From assembly GCA_963837955.1 (NCBI GenBank), contig CAWIPH010000002.1, positions 4,800,001 through 4,864,000 on the forward strand: a DNA stretch of 64,000 bases, in the 5' to 3' direction. Under the pieces are notes generated by a model that did no database searches, was not told where the DNA came from, and saw only the letters and a list, made by a program, of their open reading frames with translations. Shown here piece by piece: positions 50,188 to 60,046 of the stretch. The translations under genes were made by a program, and so were the position numbers. This stretch comes from an uncultured Verrucomicrobiae bacterium (GTDB lineage Bacteria > Verrucomicrobiota > Verrucomicrobiia > Chthoniobacterales > JAFAMB01). Within the stretch, counting starts at the first letter, position 1; the number at the start of each line of letters is the position of its first letter.

Positions 50188-50400
50188 GAAGAAAGCATCT
50201 TCGAAGTTACCGAGGATGAAGTTGACGGGGGTACTAATGCCAACGCTCTTGGCTTTTCCATCCATACCCAACCTGATTCTCTGGAAGAGTTGCGTACCAA
50301 TGTACGCGGTGCCGCGCGCACCCCCTTTGAAAAACCGGAATTTTTCCCAAACGTCATTTGACTCCATTTCGTTCGTCAAGAAGGATCCATATCGGAATGA
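50188..50400 (+). pseudogene. HicB-like antitoxin remnant
   Basis: IFEVTEDEVDGG..ANALGFSIHTQ.DSLEELRTNVR...VI*LHFVRQE; in-frame TGA at 50359 and no start codon. Confidence 0.65.
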
Positions 50401-50668
50401 ACCCCAGATCGGCAAACCCACGGAAAATCTCTGACAAACTAAGCGTTCTGGTTCCCCGATGGTTGCTATTCGTTGCCATAGTCAATTCGTTTGAGTGCGT
50501 TAACGGGGGGCACTAGGATTTCACTCCCTGACATGTGATGCGGCGTTCGCGGAATTTCGGGGCCATAAAAATGCTCAGAGCGCTGACTCCAGGGCGATGC
50601 GCGAATATTGGTGGACTGACTTTTTCTGAACCCGAGGCGTTGACTAATTTTTTTAGAGATCGCGAGCA

Positions 50669-51138
50669 TCATCCAAGTCGCCTGCCGGTCTTTGAAATGG
50701 AGACATTGCTTGGATCGGGGAGGCTTGGAAATTGATTCCGCAAGGCGCGATACACATCGCGCGTTACCGCAAATTCAAGCTGATCTGCATCAACCCGATG
50801 AGGAATAGCTATGATGTTGATTGTCAGATGGGAACTCCCGGCCGCGGCGATCCAAAGAAACTGACAATTCCAGTCACCTCGCCTCGCCTCAGGCGAACGA
50901 TAAACAATTTGTAGCGTCCTCCCAGGTCTTCTCGTTTTGCAACTATTGACACACCCTGCAGGTGTTCGAGGACCCTTACAGTTTCAGAGAAATCCATCTC
51001 GCCGATCGGAACAACGCAAGTCGACGGATGCGGGCCGTAGAATTCGCTGAAGCAGCTCGTGAGGAACGTGGCCAGCACAAGAACTAGGATGTGCCGGAAA
51101 TTGATGTATTTCAGTGCTCGGACAACGAACAGTTTCAC
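50669..51138 (-). pseudogene. lipoprotein paralog, frameshifted
   Basis: Lipobox FLTSC; after a shift near 50838 reads AVTRDVYRALRNQFPSLPDPSNV, matching the neighbour's C-terminus. Confidence 0.7.
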
Positions 51139-51898
51139 GCGGAATAATCCAACCTGGTTGAGAACAGTACTAACCGAAAAAAGATGCGATCTTTTGACAA
51201 ATTAACGATCACGTAGCAGCCGTCGATCACCGGAAAAAGCCAGCATTGTTCCAGGCCTTGCAACGAATGATAGCCGCCTAATGATCGCAGGATCAACTGC
51301 CGGACGCTTGCACCTAGTTTGCATTCCCAAGAGCTAGAGGCCAGACGGACTTGAGCTCCGGCACGTCGCGCGGATTAGGAAGATCGGGAAAATTCTCGTA
51401 CAAGACCTCGTAGACGGCGCGGCAAACGGCCTTTGCCTTGCCGTCGTCGTGCCAGGTCCACGTCGTCTTATTCATGGCTTGCACCCAAAGCATTCCCGTT
51501 CCCTTGCTTCTCGCGCCGACAAAATTGATTCCTCCGGCCAATCCTCCTGGTTGAGAAAAGCTTGGTTCAGAAAAGTCTAGTCGAAAGTCCGCAGTTTCTG
51601 TCGCAGGTTGTATATCAAGGGCTTTGCCCGGAACTATCCCAGGAACCTGCGATAGGGCGCGCTTAAGTTCCGTCAACTCCAAGATCTGCGGCGATTTCGC
51701 CGAGAAGCCAAACATTTGCGGACCGTAGAATTCGCTCAAGCAGCTTGTGAGAAAGGGGGCTAGCACAAGAACGAGGATGTGGCGGAAATTGATGTATTTC
51801 CGTGCTTGTACAACGAATAGTTTCACGCGGAATAGTCGAACCTCGTTAAGAACAGCACTAATCAAAAAAAGATGCGATTTTTTGATAGATTATCGATC
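51030..51898. repeat. ~180-bp imperfect direct repeat (51030-51210 and 51718-51898)
   Basis: Aligns by eye, e.g. CCGTAGAATTCGCT, GGAAATTGATGTATTTC, AGTTTCACGCGGAATA, AAAAGATGCGAT. Confidence 0.9.
51314..51826 (-). CDS. lipoprotein of unknown function
   Basis: KYINFRHILVLVLAPFLTSC lipobox; C-terminal AVCRAVYEVLYENFPDLPNP. Confidence 0.75.
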   Translation of the reverse strand: MKLFVVQARKYINFRHILVLVLAPFLTSCLSEFYGPQMFGFSAKSPQILELTELKRALSQVPGIVPGKALDIQPATETADFRLDFSEPSFSQPGGLAGGINFVGARSKGTGMLWVQAMNKTTWTWHDDGKAKAVCRAVYEVLYENFPDLPNPRDVPELKSVWPLALGNAN

Positions 51899-52081
51899 TA
51901 GTAATCGGCGGATAACTGCCCCTGCGCTTGTTGCCAGTTAGCGTTTTCCATAGCGGTCGGCTCAAAACTTGTATTTCCGAAATGCGGATTCGCTTGGAAA
52001 CACGGATCAACTATTTTTGAAAATTATTTTGGAGATAGTATGAGCTTGCGTTCGGGAGCGCGTCAGCTAGAAACGTCGTCC

Positions 52082-52612
52082 ATGAAAGCGCAGACTTGGA
52101 TCTTAACTTTCCTAGGGTTCGCCCTTTTTTGCATGGTGCAAACAGCATCTGCTGGCACGGCTCTCTATTTCTCCGGTCCAGACGGAGAATACATAAGCCA
52201 AGGACAAGAATACTATCTCGACATCGCCGATGGTTATCAAATCGTTGTCAATCACAACAACAACAACAGTTACTCGTTCTATTTTAGCAACCCCTCCGCT
52301 CCGCCGGCCAAGCAGCATTGGTGGACCGTCGATTTCTCAGCTGCCAACAGCAAACGTCTAGGGCATGGCATTTACCTCGGGGCGACCCGCGAGGGTTTCG
52401 CTAATGGCGTTCCCGGTCTCGACCTTTTTGGAGATGGGCGAGGGAATAACGCGGTAGCGGGGTACTTCACCGTCCTGCAAGCGGTGTATGATAACCAAAG
52501 TAACCTCATTGAATTCGCAGCAGACTTTGTTTTACAAGGCGACACTCCCGGAAAAATCTTCGGGTCCGTTCGATACAATTCCGATATTCCGCTCGTAAAC
52601 ACCCTCAGATAG
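52082..52612 (+). CDS. secreted beta-rich hypothetical protein
   Basis: Signal peptide (ASA); GEYISQGQ, PGLDLFGDGRG, FAADF, GSVRYNS. Confidence 0.75.
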   Translation: MKAQTWILTFLGFALFCMVQTASAGTALYFSGPDGEYISQGQEYYLDIADGYQIVVNHNNNNSYSFYFSNPSAPPAKQHWWTVDFSAANSKRLGHGIYLGATREGFANGVPGLDLFGDGRGNNAVAGYFTVLQAVYDNQSNLIEFAADFVLQGDTPGKIFGSVRYNSDIPLVNTLR

Positions 52613-52922
52613 TAGCACCAATCGGCCCCGGTTCTACCTGCCATTCTCGGACAGCATTGCTGTCCGAGATAAGCGTCGGATATAGCGTTTAGGCTTCCTG
52701 TGCCTGACAGAGTTCAGTCAGGTCCCCGCCTCCCCTCTTTCGCCTGTCGGCGTTGCCGAGCTTTACAGTTAGCTATGTTAAATCTAATGTGTTAGCAACA
52801 TAAAAGACGTACGTTATTTATTTGGATTCACATCACGGATTCCGCTGGCAGGTCTGTTTATCGCGGCTTGCATCGGTATTGTCGCTTCGGACAGGCATTT
52901 TGATTGTTGGATAATTTTCGGA

Positions 52923-54986
52923 GTGTTGTTTTGTCTGTTTGGTCTGGCCGCTCTGGCTTGGCGCAAAACGTTGCTCACGCTCGTGGCAACCGCGTTTTTC
53001 TTTGCGTTCTGGCATGCCTTCTTAATCAATCATAATCAGGGCTTTCAGTTGTCGCGTGAACCTCGATTCAATAATCATGTTCATCGTTGCGTTCTCTGCG
53101 CACAGTCCGACTCCATCTCTTTTCATTGGGCTACCCAAACGAAACAACGGTTCCTAGCGGAAGTTCGCGAGGTCGACGGCTTCGCTGCCAGTTTCCGGGT
53201 TTCGGTTGAGCTGAATGGAAGTCCCATTCAATACGGGGATAGCATCGCTGTGGACGGGCGCTTCGCCCTTCCAGATGCCCCGCTTAATCCAGGAGAATTC
53301 GATTACCGCAGTTTTCTGGAGCGGCAGGGCGTTTACTTGGTTCTGCAGGCGATTCCAGGCAACAAAACGCAACTACTCTCGCGCGGAGGTGGGAACCGGC
53401 TGGTCGGATTCGCCCTCCGGCTCCGGCACGGCGTAGAAGACATTCCAGTAGCATCACTCGAGGATGATCCGACCATTCAAGCATTGATCCGAGGGATCCT
53501 TTTTGGCGATCGTTCCACGGTTCCAACGGCTATCCTGGACGAGCTTCAGGATACCGGAACTCTGCACCTGTTCGTAATCGATGGACTGAAAGTAACTCTG
53601 CTCGCGGGTATTTCCTGGGCAGTAATGAAAACGGTCCGGGTCGGCCGCCGCTGGACGTTCGTTCTTATCGTTCCGCTGCTACTTTATTGCGCCGGCACCG
53701 GACTCTCGATCGCGAGTCTACGAGCGACGATCATGTCCGCAATTCTGCTCTTGGGAGTCGCGCTGGAGCGCCCGGTGCTCGCCAAAAATATTCTCTCGGG
53801 CGCGGGCTTGTTCTTGCTCTTATTAGATCCTCAGCAGCTCTTTCAGCTCGGTTTCCAACTTTCGTTTGTGACCGTCGCTGCTTTGACTATAGCAGCGAGA
53901 CCGCTCGCTCATTTTTTGTCAATCCCGTTTCGTCCCGATCCTTGGATTCCGCAGCGACTTCTGCGCCCGACCCAGCGGGCTTTCTGGCGGATTGGCCAAC
54001 ACGCATCCGAGCTGTTTTCCGTTTGTTGGGTATGCTGGTTTGCGACGCTGCCGTTCGCCTGGTTGGTCTTTCATCGTATCTCGTGGTGCAACGTGGCAGC
54101 TAACTTTGCGACCGTCCCTTTAGGCGCTACGATTCTGGCTCTCGGGATCTCATCCATTTTAGCTGCTCCTTTTTGCCGCTGGGCGAGCGTCTACCTGAAC
54201 AACACCAACTGGCTGCTTGGTCATCTGTTCCTTGGGGTGGTGCATAGCTTCACCGCGTTGCCCTATCAGAGCGTGAACGTCGCCGAACCGTGGACCGGAA
54301 ATCATCCGAAACTCGTCATCTTGGCTTCCGGACGATCCAACAGCGTCTATTTGCACGCCGGAAAGGTCGACAGCTTCATCAACCCAGGTAGCGAAGCCAA
54401 ATATCGGCGGGTGACCCAGCCATTCCTTCGTTGCCAGGGTGTAAACCAACTTTACCTTCTGGGGAGCACTCGTCACGATCCGGATCACGAAGGATGTTTG
54501 AAACGTATGGAGCGACAATTCACGTGCGTGCGATTCATGAACCAAGAGCGGTTTGAGCTGGCCGATCAGAGTTCACAGTCGGACGCAAATTCAGCGATCA
54601 TCGATCTGGATGAGACCGGGGTTCGAGCAAGGGGATTTTTCGGGTCACTGGGATCATCGATCTTAGCCAGGATGGGAGGATACCGGATTCTGCTGATCGC
54701 TGATCGCCATCGGGGAGCCTCGATTGCAGCTGATGCCTCGGCCGATCTGCTCTGTGTTTCGAGCCCGCGTTCTTTTCCTCCGAGCGACCTGCGGCGCCAG
54801 TTTGATCCCCAGGTCATCGTTTACGCGCAAGGGAAACGACTGGAACTCAGTCAGACGGAGCTCTCCAATGGCACTCCAATTATTTTCCTGAACGAGCAAG
54901 GTGCCGTTACGCTAGAACTTTGCGAAGACAGGTTGCAGCTCCAGACATTTCGCGGTGCTCAATTCACTTTTCGTAAACGCAAGTGA
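52923..54986 (+). CDS. comEC: ComEC/Rec2 competence DNA-uptake channel
   Basis: NPGEFDYR, GTLHLFVIDGLK, RATIM, GFQLSF and a degenerate beta-lactamase-like C-terminus; true start may lie upstream. Confidence 0.9.
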   Translation: MLFCLFGLAALAWRKTLLTLVATAFFFAFWHAFLINHNQGFQLSREPRFNNHVHRCVLCAQSDSISFHWATQTKQRFLAEVREVDGFAASFRVSVELNGSPIQYGDSIAVDGRFALPDAPLNPGEFDYRSFLERQGVYLVLQAIPGNKTQLLSRGGGNRLVGFALRLRHGVEDIPVASLEDDPTIQALIRGILFGDRSTVPTAILDELQDTGTLHLFVIDGLKVTLLAGISWAVMKTVRVGRRWTFVLIVPLLLYCAGTGLSIASLRATIMSAILLLGVALERPVLAKNILSGAGLFLLLLDPQQLFQLGFQLSFVTVAALTIAARPLAHFLSIPFRPDPWIPQRLLRPTQRAFWRIGQHASELFSVCWVCWFATLPFAWLVFHRISWCNVAANFATVPLGATILALGISSILAAPFCRWASVYLNNTNWLLGHLFLGVVHSFTALPYQSVNVAEPWTGNHPKLVILASGRSNSVYLHAGKVDSFINPGSEAKYRRVTQPFLRCQGVNQLYLLGSTRHDPDHEGCLKRMERQFTCVRFMNQERFELADQSSQSDANSAIIDLDETGVRARGFFGSLGSSILARMGGYRILLIADRHRGASIAADASADLLCVSSPRSFPPSDLRRQFDPQVIVYAQGKRLELSQTELSNGTPIIFLNEQGAVTLELCEDRLQLQTFRGAQFTFRKRK

Positions 54987-55591
54987 TAGATCGGGAGATT
55001 CTGGGAGCGATACGTTTCTTCAAAATCGGTCCCCGGATATTCTTCTGACCACGGACAAGAAACGAAAGATTCTGTCTGGGAATCGGCGGCTTTAGTGATG
55101 CTATCGAAATAATCGGCGTGATCGGTCTTGATCCACAACTCCCCGCCTGAAGCAAGAGCACTAGCGGAAGCCATGAGAAACTCCTCGCCGACTAAGCGAC
55201 GACCGTGATGCCGCCGCTTGGGCCAAGGATCTGGAAAGGAGAGGTGCAGCCGGGAAATCGAACCAGCGGGCAAGAGGTAACGAACCGTGTAATCGATTTC
55301 CAAACGCAATACCCGAACGTTCGTCAAACCCAACCGGGAAGCGGACCGGAGCGTTTTGCGGACCCGGCCAAGGAGCCGTTCCACGCCGAGGAAATTTCTT
55401 TCGGGATATTGGCTGCCCGCTTGGATTAAAAAACGGCCGGATCCAGAGCCCAGATCGATCTCGACCGGATGCTCATTTTGAAAAATGTCGGCAAACGAGA
55501 GTGGCCCAAAAATGTCAGTCGGAACGACTTCCAGCTGCTCTCCCAAACGTGGACTCGCGCACTCCGTGCTTGCTTCCCGGTCAGGGGTCAT
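54959..55591 (-). CDS. trmB: tRNA (guanine-N7)-methyltransferase
   Basis: EIDLGSGSG, FLGVE, FPDPWPKRRHHGRRL, KTD, TDFE. Confidence 0.93.
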   Translation of the reverse strand: MTPDREASTECASPRLGEQLEVVPTDIFGPLSFADIFQNEHPVEIDLGSGSGRFLIQAGSQYPERNFLGVERLLGRVRKTLRSASRLGLTNVRVLRLEIDYTVRYLLPAGSISRLHLSFPDPWPKRRHHGRRLVGEEFLMASASALASGGELWIKTDHADYFDSITKAADSQTESFVSCPWSEEYPGTDFEETYRSQNLPIYHLRLRKVN

Positions 55592-55680
55592 TCCACTCCA
55601 ACATGGGGAGGGATCACGTTCTTTCTCCGGCGCGCTAGCCCGCACGCCCTCCGGATTGGCCGAAGCGCCGCGAGGATCAA

Positions 55681-56505
55681 TCATTGCGATGAGCGGTCCG
55701 CAAAGAACGGATTGTGCGTCCTCTCGTTTGCAACCGTAGTCATAGGGCCGTGACCTGGACAAATAATGGTTTCCGGCGGTAACGATAAAATCTTCTCGCG
55801 ATTATTTTTTCTGGCTTGTTCGTACGCGTTGGGTGCCCCGCCCATGGATCCGGCGAACAGGGAATCGCCAACAATGACCACCGGTTTAGCCAGTCCAGAC
55901 ACCAGATAGGAAGTACCTCCTGCCGAATGCCCATTGGTGAGCCTGGCTTCGATTTCCAGCGATCCTACGTTGTATTTGAATCCTTCGCGCACCGGCTGCG
56001 AGTGGCCAACCGGTTCCGCTGCCGGAGCGAAAACGGGAGCTTTGCATCGGGACACAATTTCGGCGAGGCCAGCAACATGATCCCCATGGGTGTGGGTAAT
56101 GAAAATGGCTTTCACGGTCAGGTGCTCTGCTTGGATTCGTTTAAACAACTCGTCCGGTTCGACGCCGGCATCGAAGATGACTGCTTCGCTGGAGGAAGGA
56201 TCCCAAACCAGATAGACGTTCACCGTCATTCCCATCAGGTCGGTATTAAATTGGGCGAGACCTTCCAATGTGATTTCTGCTGGTTCCCAACTGTTCTTAA
56301 ACGATTCCACCAAGGCGCCCGGTGACAGACCCAGCGCGGTTCCCAAAGCGGTGATCTGATTTCGATCTCCGGATCCGGCCTTCAATCCCTCGATCTGATC
56401 GCGTTCCAGTCGAGAACGCTGCGCTAGAGACGCATCGTCCAGATGAAGTCCGCGCTGTGCCTTGCCAATGATGTCGATAAAAAAGTCTTCCAAGGGAATT
56501 TTCAT
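55681..56505 (-). CDS. MBL-fold hydrolase (glyoxalase II-like) with N-terminal HTH-like region
   Basis: THTHGDH, GHS, GDSLFAGSMG, PGHGP, NPF. Confidence 0.9.
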   Translation of the reverse strand: MKIPLEDFFIDIIGKAQRGLHLDDASLAQRSRLERDQIEGLKAGSGDRNQITALGTALGLSPGALVESFKNSWEPAEITLEGLAQFNTDLMGMTVNVYLVWDPSSSEAVIFDAGVEPDELFKRIQAEHLTVKAIFITHTHGDHVAGLAEIVSRCKAPVFAPAAEPVGHSQPVREGFKYNVGSLEIEARLTNGHSAGGTSYLVSGLAKPVVIVGDSLFAGSMGGAPNAYEQARKNNREKILSLPPETIICPGHGPMTTVANERTHNPFFADRSSQ

Positions 56506-56511
56506 ACGCTT

Positions 56512-57972
56512 CTAATGGGCATTCTTTTGGAGCGTCCAGACTTCATTGTCGTCCAGCCGCTTTACGACGACTTGGGTCGGACGGATATCCAAAACACGAT
56601 ACGTATGAGCTGGGTCGTCCGGCAGCGTGAAATCGCGATCTAACTCTACCTTCATCGTTGCTCCGCTGCTAGCAAACAAGAGAACGGCGTAAGCCCCATG
56701 TTCTCGAGCCGGAATTCCTTTGATGAGCGATATGGTTTGCCCGGTGCGGATATGCCGGAGTTTCACGACCGAGGCATCGACCGCATTGCCGTCCTTATCA
56801 TTTACCTCTCGACTCTGGATATCGATGACTTTGTAAGCGAGTCCTTTGAGTTCGTCACCAACCCCAATACTATAAGAAGTACCGTCTGAATCGCGCAGCG
56901 TCGCTTTCTTGTTGTGCACTTCTTCTAACGTAACCGGGAGAAACGCTTCCTGGACCTCTAAAACGGATATCTTCGCCGCAAGCCCGCCAGTAGGGTTCTT
57001 ATCGACGCTGGGACTCGAGGATCCAGTAGCAGAACCCGACGGATTCGGCTGTTTTAAAATATCTGCGTCCGAGATCCCGGTCTTTGGTGGAGAGGCCGGC
57101 TGAGATCCGCGGGGGGACGCAGATGGAGACGCCGGGGACGGAGATTGAGAAGCATTAGGAGCCGGAGAGCTCGCAACGATGGCTGGGGTACTGGTTAGCT
57201 TGGTTGCGGCGGGGTGGCTGTGCAACAAGTCGGCTATTTCGCGAAAACCCTTTGCCGCCGCTGTCGACTCGGCGGTCGCTCCGGTTTGGTCGGTGAGCGA
57301 CGGATCGGCTCCGGCCTGCAGCAACATGGTCACGATTTCCTTGTTTCCCTTGCTGGCCGCCAACATCAGGGGGGTACGGCCATCGTTCGATCGGCTATCC
57401 ACTTCAGCGCCATAATCGAGCAAGATTTTCACCACATCCTTATGTTCGGACAAAGAGGCGAACAGGAGGCCCCGACTCAAATCGGTCTTCGAACGATCGG
57501 CCAAAATTTGGACACATCGAGCGCTGCCGTGGTAAGCGGCGGTCGAGAGAGCAGTCCACCCGTTGTTATCTTCCGTGTCCGGCTCAGCCCGATTCTGGAG
57601 CAGTAGTTTAACGATTTCGGGCTGGTCGTTTTGAGCGGCCAAGATCAATGCTGTTACACCGTCGCGTCCGGCGACATTCGGGTCGGCTTTGCGGTCAAGA
57701 AGCTGCTTGACCAAGCCAGTTTTGCCTCGTTCAGACGCAACCATCAAAGCGGTTTGGCCGGCCGTGTTTTGGGTGTTCACGTTAAATCCGGCCGCAAAAA
57801 AAAGAGCCAACGCCTTTTGGTCCTCTTCGGCCGCCGACCGGACGAAATCGTCCGCATTGAACTGCAGGTTCATGCCGGCGAGCTCTTTGATCAGTTCGTC
57901 TTTGGATTTACTGCAACCAAAAAAGACCAGTGCGAGAAACGCACCGAAGATAAACCAGACGGCTTTTCGCAT
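56512..57972 (-). CDS. ankyrin-repeat lipoprotein with C-terminal Amuc_1099-like domain
   Basis: Lipobox VFFGC; ankyrin repeats (GQTALM, GVTAL, GWTAL, GRTPLM); Ser/Pro linker; beta-rich C-terminus. Confidence 0.85.
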   Translation of the reverse strand: MRKAVWFIFGAFLALVFFGCSKSKDELIKELAGMNLQFNADDFVRSAAEEDQKALALFFAAGFNVNTQNTAGQTALMVASERGKTGLVKQLLDRKADPNVAGRDGVTALILAAQNDQPEIVKLLLQNRAEPDTEDNNGWTALSTAAYHGSARCVQILADRSKTDLSRGLLFASLSEHKDVVKILLDYGAEVDSRSNDGRTPLMLAASKGNKEIVTMLLQAGADPSLTDQTGATAESTAAAKGFREIADLLHSHPAATKLTSTPAIVASSPAPNASQSPSPASPSASPRGSQPASPPKTGISDADILKQPNPSGSATGSSSPSVDKNPTGGLAAKISVLEVQEAFLPVTLEEVHNKKATLRDSDGTSYSIGVGDELKGLAYKVIDIQSREVNDKDGNAVDASVVKLRHIRTGQTISLIKGIPAREHGAYAVLLFASSGATMKVELDRDFTLPDDPAHTYRVLDIRPTQVVVKRLDDNEVWTLQKNAH

Positions 57973-58048
57973 GTGCCGAGCTATATTATTCATCCCTGCT
58001 GGGAGCGCGAGCGCGTTGTTCAAAGAAGCAGTTCGAGCGACCGTTTGT

Positions 58049-60046
58049 TTAGCCGAAAACAGTCTCTCCGCCGTCGCGACCAATGGCGCGCCGAATCCGG
58101 AAAAGATGAGCCGGCCGCGTGTTCGGATCCAGGATGACGAAATTCCTTCGGCCCCGCCAGGTAAACTGCTCATCGGTCAAAAGATCCTGAACTTGGAACG
58201 GCTCGTTCTCGCCGATACCAAAATCTTCGAGCGGGACGTAAGCGACGCCGCTCTGGGAATGGAAAGGATCGACTGTGACCAAAAATAACAGGATGTTATC
58301 CAATCCTGCAGTGGCCTTTGAATAGAACAGAATTTGGTCATTCTCGATGGTATGAAACCGGATGTTTTCGTACTGCTGCAGCGCCCGATTCTCCCCTCTG
58401 ATTTGGTTCAGTTTCGTGAGGTAGTCCTTGATGTTGCCGGGGGCGTTCCAATCTCTTTCCTTAAATTGGTACTTTTCGGAGTTGAGGTATTCCTCACGAT
58501 CTGGAATCGCAACGTTCTCACAGAGCTCAAAGCCGCTGTAAATGCCGTAGACTGTCGAGAGGGTGGAGGCCAAAAATGCGCGGATCAAAAAAGCCGGGCG
58601 CCCGCCGGTCTGCAGGTAAAAGGGCAGAATATCTGGGGTATTCGTGAAAAAATTGCCACGGAAATAATACCGCATATCGGTTGTGCAGAGCTCGGTAAGA
58701 TACTCGGTGAGTTCTGCCTTGGTGTTGCGCCAGGTAAAATAGGTATATGATTGGGTGTAACCGGCTTTGGCCAGCGCCTTCATCATCTTGGGACGGGTGA
58801 AAGCCTCGGCCAAAAAGATGACGTCCGGATGCTGCGCGCGCACGTCCGTGATGAGCCACTCCCAAAACGCGAGCGGTTTGGTATGCGGATTATCGACTCG
58901 AAAAACCCGGACGTCGTGACTGACCCAGAAAAGGATGATGAGCTTCATCTCCTCCCATAACTCCCTCCAATTTTCGTTGTGAAAATTGAGCGGATAAACG
59001 TCTTCGTACTTCTTCGGAGGATTCTCAGCGTATTTGATGGTGCCGTCCGGCCGATGGAAAAACCATTCCGGGTGGTCGCGAACATAGGGATGGTCGGGTG
59101 AACAATTGATGGCGAAGTCGAGGGCCACCTCCATTCCCCGAGCCCTTATTTCCTTTACCAGCCAATCGAAATCTTCCAGGGTGCCGAGCTCCGGTTCGAC
59201 CGCCATGTGCCCTCCAAACTTGCTGCCGATCGCATACGGCACGCCGGGATCGCCTGGCTCCGAAGTGACCGAGTTGTTCTTACCTTTCCTTTTGGTGAAG
59301 CCGATGGGATGAATCGGGGGAAAATAGATCGTATCGAATCCCATCGCTTTGGCATCATCCACCCGAGGAAGACAATCCCGAAACTTCGATCCCCGGTCTT
59401 TCCCTTCGGCTGACCTGGGAAAAAATTCGTACCACGCGGCGAAAAGCGCCTCGGGCCGATCAACCACGACCTGGATGTAAGGTTTGGCTTCGGTGGAGAG
59501 CGACCGATCCGGATAGGCAGATATTAAGCCCGATAACTCGGGAGACTTGGCAATTTCCGCGCCGCCACTTGGCTTACTCGCGCGGAGCTCCTTAGCAAAT
59601 GCGGTAAGCCGATCTTGATCGGATTTACGGGTGGCGCGCGCCGCAGCCCGCTCAATCAGAGCCGCGCCCTCCTCTGTTTCAGTTGTTAGATCCGTGATGC
59701 CGGCATTGAACTTCTTCAGGAACTCCTGGGCCCAAGAATTAAATTCATCACCCCAGGCTTCGATGGTGAATTCGTATTTGGTGTTCTCCGTAAAATGGCA
59801 AACCCCGGACCACCGATCGTTCTCGCCCTGGATCATCGGCGTTTCCAGCCAAACCGTACTTCCAATGGCTCGCCATTTCAGAACTGCCGCGAGCACATCG
59901 TGCCCGTCCTTGAAAACGTCAGCGGAAACACCCAGCTCCTGGCCGGTAACTCGCTTGACCGGATAGCGTCCGCCGTCGAGGCACGGCTCAATTGCTTCGA
60001 TGATGACCGTCGGCGGCCGTTCGATGGATTCTTCTAGTTTATTCAC
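58049..60046 (-). CDS. glgE: alpha-1,4-glucan:maltose-1-phosphate maltosyltransferase
   Basis: WYEFFPRS, PPIHPIG, CSPDHP, YAENPPKKYED, FRVDNPHTKP, LAEAFTRP, SEKY. Confidence 0.97.
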   Translation of the reverse strand: MNKLEESIERPPTVIIEAIEPCLDGGRYPVKRVTGQELGVSADVFKDGHDVLAAVLKWRAIGSTVWLETPMIQGENDRWSGVCHFTENTKYEFTIEAWGDEFNSWAQEFLKKFNAGITDLTTETEEGAALIERAAARATRKSDQDRLTAFAKELRASKPSGGAEIAKSPELSGLISAYPDRSLSTEAKPYIQVVVDRPEALFAAWYEFFPRSAEGKDRGSKFRDCLPRVDDAKAMGFDTIYFPPIHPIGFTKRKGKNNSVTSEPGDPGVPYAIGSKFGGHMAVEPELGTLEDFDWLVKEIRARGMEVALDFAINCSPDHPYVRDHPEWFFHRPDGTIKYAENPPKKYEDVYPLNFHNENWRELWEEMKLIILFWVSHDVRVFRVDNPHTKPLAFWEWLITDVRAQHPDVIFLAEAFTRPKMMKALAKAGYTQSYTYFTWRNTKAELTEYLTELCTTDMRYYFRGNFFTNTPDILPFYLQTGGRPAFLIRAFLASTLSTVYGIYSGFELCENVAIPDREEYLNSEKYQFKERDWNAPGNIKDYLTKLNQIRGENRALQQYENIRFHTIENDQILFYSKATAGLDNILLFLVTVDPFHSQSGVAYVPLEDFGIGENEPFQVQDLLTDEQFTWRGRRNFVILDPNTRPAHLFRIRRAIGRDGGETVFG

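Noticed and set aside
51030..51898. CRISPR or attL/attR interpretation of the direct repeat
   Set aside because: Only two long imperfect copies that encode signal peptides; no spacers, cas genes or integrase.
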